Shown here: positions 60,368 through 64,000 of the stretch, in pieces | Layout of the letters: every line of letters begins with the position of its first letter | How positions within the stretch are numbered: the stretch's first letter is position 1 | Source: Chlorokybus atmophyticus | Lineage: Eukaryota > Plantae > Mesostigma and Chlorokybus algae | Assembly: GCA_009103225.1 (NCBI GenBank) | Contig: RHPI01003536.1 | Location: 79,697 to 143,696 of the forward strand | Direction of reading: 5' to 3' | DNA length: 64,000 bases | Notes under the pieces: model-generated | What the model was told of the DNA's origin: nothing | What the model saw: only the letters and a program-made list of their open reading frames with translations | Databases searched by the model: none | Program-made: the position numbers and the translations under genes

Positions 60368-63300
60368 TATGTCGCATGTGCGTCCCAAAGTTTAGCAAGT
60401 TTAGCAACTGGAACCTATGCAGCATAGGCTGCGTGCATATATATTTATACAGGATATCTGCGGGCCAACTGGTCTGCGGCAAAACTAAACTACCTTGATG
60501 CTAAAACTCGGCGTAGCGATGCTTACAACTGTCTGACTTGCAAGTGCTCAACACAGTTACTCTGATGTGACAACCCCGGCTGATGGTATGTAGCTTCTAT
60601 CGACAGCTACGAATAGAGGCTCGCATGCTAATGATGACGTAGGATATATATGACATGCTGACGACGAGAACATGAGCAATTGCAACTTGCCTGATGACGT
60701 GGTGCGCCCCGCCGCCTGTGCGTGCTGTGCGAGGTCCTCTCTGCGCGCCCGTGACGATCCCAGCGCCGACCATGCCTGTCCTCCTCTCTACCTTCGGCGT
60801 GCTGCTCTTCAGCAGCAAATCTGACAAGCAGCTGTTGGTTTGCAACTACAAGTGGAACTAGACTAGATAACAAGGCGACAACTATGCAGCGACCAAATAC
60901 CTGTGGACAAGCAAAGCAGCTTTGTCGCCGCAACCATCGTCACCAAGAGTAGTCGCTCCGCCCTGCGACAGAAATGCAAATTTAGCTGCGAACACTGCAT
61001 GCAAGCTGTCTGGACGGCCAAGCTAGCAGGTAAGCAGTTCAGACAGCTCTGTACTCTCCGTTAGCATGCAAAGATCTTGTTGAAGCACCTTCAAGCACTC
61101 TGCGGGGTGTACACTGCTGGCCGGAGCCTCCCGCGCCAAACCGCTGCTCTCCGCGACGTCGCTGTGAGCGAGCTGCTCAAGCGTACCGAGGCCAAGGACA
61201 ACCTCCACGACGACAGGATCGTCGGCCGGCATGGCGACTGACCCCTAAAGCAGCTGCTAAGCAAGAAGCTTGCCCTCAATGTCACGCAACTCCTGGCTCA
61301 AGCGAGCACTCCAGCGCAAGCAAGCCGGCAAGCGAGCAAGCTATCAGGAGCAGTGGCAACTCATGCTGTAGACACCATGATGCACCTCGAGCATGCCGCC
61401 CACAAACGCAACAAGCACGACCACAACCACAAGTAAAGCTGCATGCAGAAGCTCAACTACATCAGCTTAGCCGCCGCCTGCATGCCGCACTGTGGCTCTT
61501 TCCTATTGGGCGCGATATCAACATCTCTCCCGCAGCTAAATGCCACGGCAGCGTCGCCAAGTAAACGTTGTAGTGCACACGATATCGAAATACTTGGCCG
61601 CCGCACGCAACAGATAGCAGCTTTTGGTAGTTCATATCGACGCTAGCACCCTAATCCTGGCTACACTCCTGCTGAGACTACGTGGCTCAAACCGCGGTTC
61701 CGGGTTTTATCTTGCGCGGCCCGCCGCCCAGATCTTTTGGCGGGCGTATTGAGACGACGAAGTCTGTTTGGAAGAAGAACGCAACGCAAAACCTTTGGCA
61801 AAGCGCCGTGTTATGTCATGTCGAAAGCCACCGGTGTTGAATCATAACATTGTTGATGTCTCCTATTGAGCGCTGCCGGTACATCAGTCCCTCAGCGTGA
61901 TTGCTCATCTTGTTCATCCCCCAAGCCAATGTATTCGATCATCTTTTATGAAGGTACAAAGGAGCCTTCTTGCGCGGGCATTTGTCGTACATGACCAGGG
62001 ACTGTCGCTTTCCCAAACTGACACGTATCTGATTTGCGGTTGTGTGTAGCCGGCTCGCACTTACGTCAGAAAGTCCGACTTTCGTGGCCATCAGACGGCG
62101 GAGCGTAGGTAGCCGTTTCAAACGGTGCAGCTTCGCGGGCGACCGCCGTTAGTGGCGACAAGCCAGTCGTGCATGCGTGCCACGCATTGCGTAAGGATGT
62201 CTGCCGCGTTCACCACTTCGGTGAGCGGCAAACTGTGTACCGCCGTACAAACTGGCTTGGATCTGACGGGGACTTGACGGTTACGGAGTATAACAGCGGA
62301 TTTCGACGGCTAGGAATGTGGCGCGCAAGCCGCTGAGCGGAGTCGCTCGGGCGCCGACTGCACCAGGGACGCCAATCATATCCAAGGCAGGCAGCGAGAG
62401 CGAGAGCGAGAGGGAGAGGGAGGGAGGGAGGGAGGGGGAGGGAGAGAGAGGGAGAAAGAGACCATTACTTACAGCAAAGCACACACCACACACAAGCATA
62501 TCAAGTTGGAGCAACAAGGCAAGCATTTAGCGATAAAAGGTTTTGACAGGTATGGCCGCATATGCAAGGACATGCAGGCAAGCACTACAAAAAAAGATTC
62601 TGCCCGGCTACATGCAGCATAGCGTAGTATAGCAAAGGTAGAAGTTATGGTGGCGGCGAGGGTGCTGATGATGACGTTAGCAACGATAACGACACAAAAC
62701 AACCTTCCCTCATGTGTGTTACATAGGCTTTTCAGTTGTACACATGCAGAAACGAGAGCACATGATACACACACAAGCACATGCAATAGGCAAGCAGGTT
62801 AAACTATTATGTTAAGGGCACGGGCATGCTTAGTTGTATGCTCGATCTCAGTGTGTAAGTGGCGGTGAAGACGCTGGGGCGAGCAAATAAGCAGCAGGGC
62901 AGTGTTGCAAGGCTACCAAGCAAATCTGAGCAACAGCGGTAATACAAATAAGGTTTGTCAGCTGTCAAGTGGCTAGCGCGGTCGCTCGTGACATTTTTAG
63001 AATGGTGACAAGCGCGCAGTATCCATCTACTTTAAGCAATCAATGAATCTTGTGCCTTTGAGTGTTTTCATTGTTAAGTTTCACAGCAAAATTTTGTTTT
63101 TTATGCAACAAACATCAAATCATTAAACGCCATGCTTAGCTTGCTAATGCTTATATGAAGACGACTATGTACAAAACCAACCGTTTAAACCACATTCATG
63201 CATAGACATGATGCAATGCATCATGTCTATCATACAAGAATGTCATGTGTATAAAAAGCAACTGAGTTGCACGTTTATTTAAGGTTTACATATTCGTCAC

Positions 63301-63552
63301 TTGTTACCGCTACTGGTTTGTAAATCACATGAAACATATTTCTTACTTGTTTCATATTCATCCCATACTACATAATCCTTGTGTAAGAGAAACAAATGTC
63401 CGGGTGCGCAGCCGGAGGGGGTCGATTTTAACATACAATCCCCCTCTGCAGGCACGAGAACTTTCCAATGGTGAAAATGGTATATGGTATATGCGTTAGA
63501 AACATGTTCAGTATTATCCAGCATTTACATGTAGCTGCAATATCCCCCCCCC

Positions 63553-64000
63553 CTAGTTGCCGCCGCTGCAGTCGCCTGCCGCCTGCTGCCGCAGTCGCCT
63601 GCCGCCTGCCGCCGCCCCTTCCACAGGCTCTTCACGCCCGTGCTCCGATACCAATGTAAAGAGACTAGAGGGGGTGTGCCCCCTCCTCCCTTTAATCCCC
63701 TACCCCAACACCACCACCAGCCACGACGCCACCGCCGCCGCCGCCAGGGGAATCTGCCGGAGCAGAAGATCCCCTGGCTATGGCGGCCGCTGCGTTAGCA
63801 GCGCCGCCATACGGCTGATATCGACATGAGACTCATGTCTCATGTCGATATCAGTGTTACAATTAAGTAACACTACATTAGGGCCTTAACACTAGGTTAA
63901 CGGCCCTAATATGGCTTAATAGACTGTATAATCCCGTTGGGACCCTTATTTAATCCTAAATAAGGGCGGGGAACCTCTATGGAGGTAGCACACCGTTACA
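63553..64000 (-). mobile_element. Fourth chromovirus LTR (63655-64000) with PBS and ~100 bp of leader, truncated at a C10 run
   Basis: Matches 51323-51769 including the diagnostic G variant. Homology ends at 63553, and the window ends exactly at the LTR terminal CA. Confidence 0.93.

Noticed and set aside
60600-63530. Short exon-like ORFs (MPADDPVVVEVV..., KRLPTLRRLMATK..., MLDNTEHVSN...)
   Set aside because: No recognisable homology and no confident splice path. They may be 5' exons of the ankyrin gene or TE relics, so they are left uncalled.

Overview
Intron-rich eukaryotic scaffold from a green-lineage, probably flagellated alga (inferred from a plastid-type transaldolase, a moss/alga-type front-end desaturase and SAS-6-like). 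It has three N gaps and one single N. I reconstructed 15 spliced host genes by hand: TFIIA large subunit, LSm10-like, GT29 sialyltransferase-like, transaldolase, HIG1-domain, PWP2, RPAP3, cytochrome b5-fused desaturase, a conserved green membrane protein, SAS6L, two tandem MaoC hydratases, an SRPBCC protein, eIF3L and an ankyrin protein. Most are in alternating head-to-head pairs. There are two Ty3/Gypsy retrotransposon families. The first is a decayed element (1-~4000) whose integrase ends in a PHD finger. The second is a young, intact chromovirus (44876-52343, minus strand, GACGC target-site duplication) and is the most interesting object. Its gag and pol are in the same frame, separated by one UAG. 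A ~120-aa extra domain sits between the stop and the protease and looks like a catalytically degenerate Dam-type N6-adenine methyltransferase fold. Its 346-bp LTR is an almost continuous array of about nine inverted repeats. All family assignments come from motif recognition and recall, not database searches. Exon boundaries were read manually.
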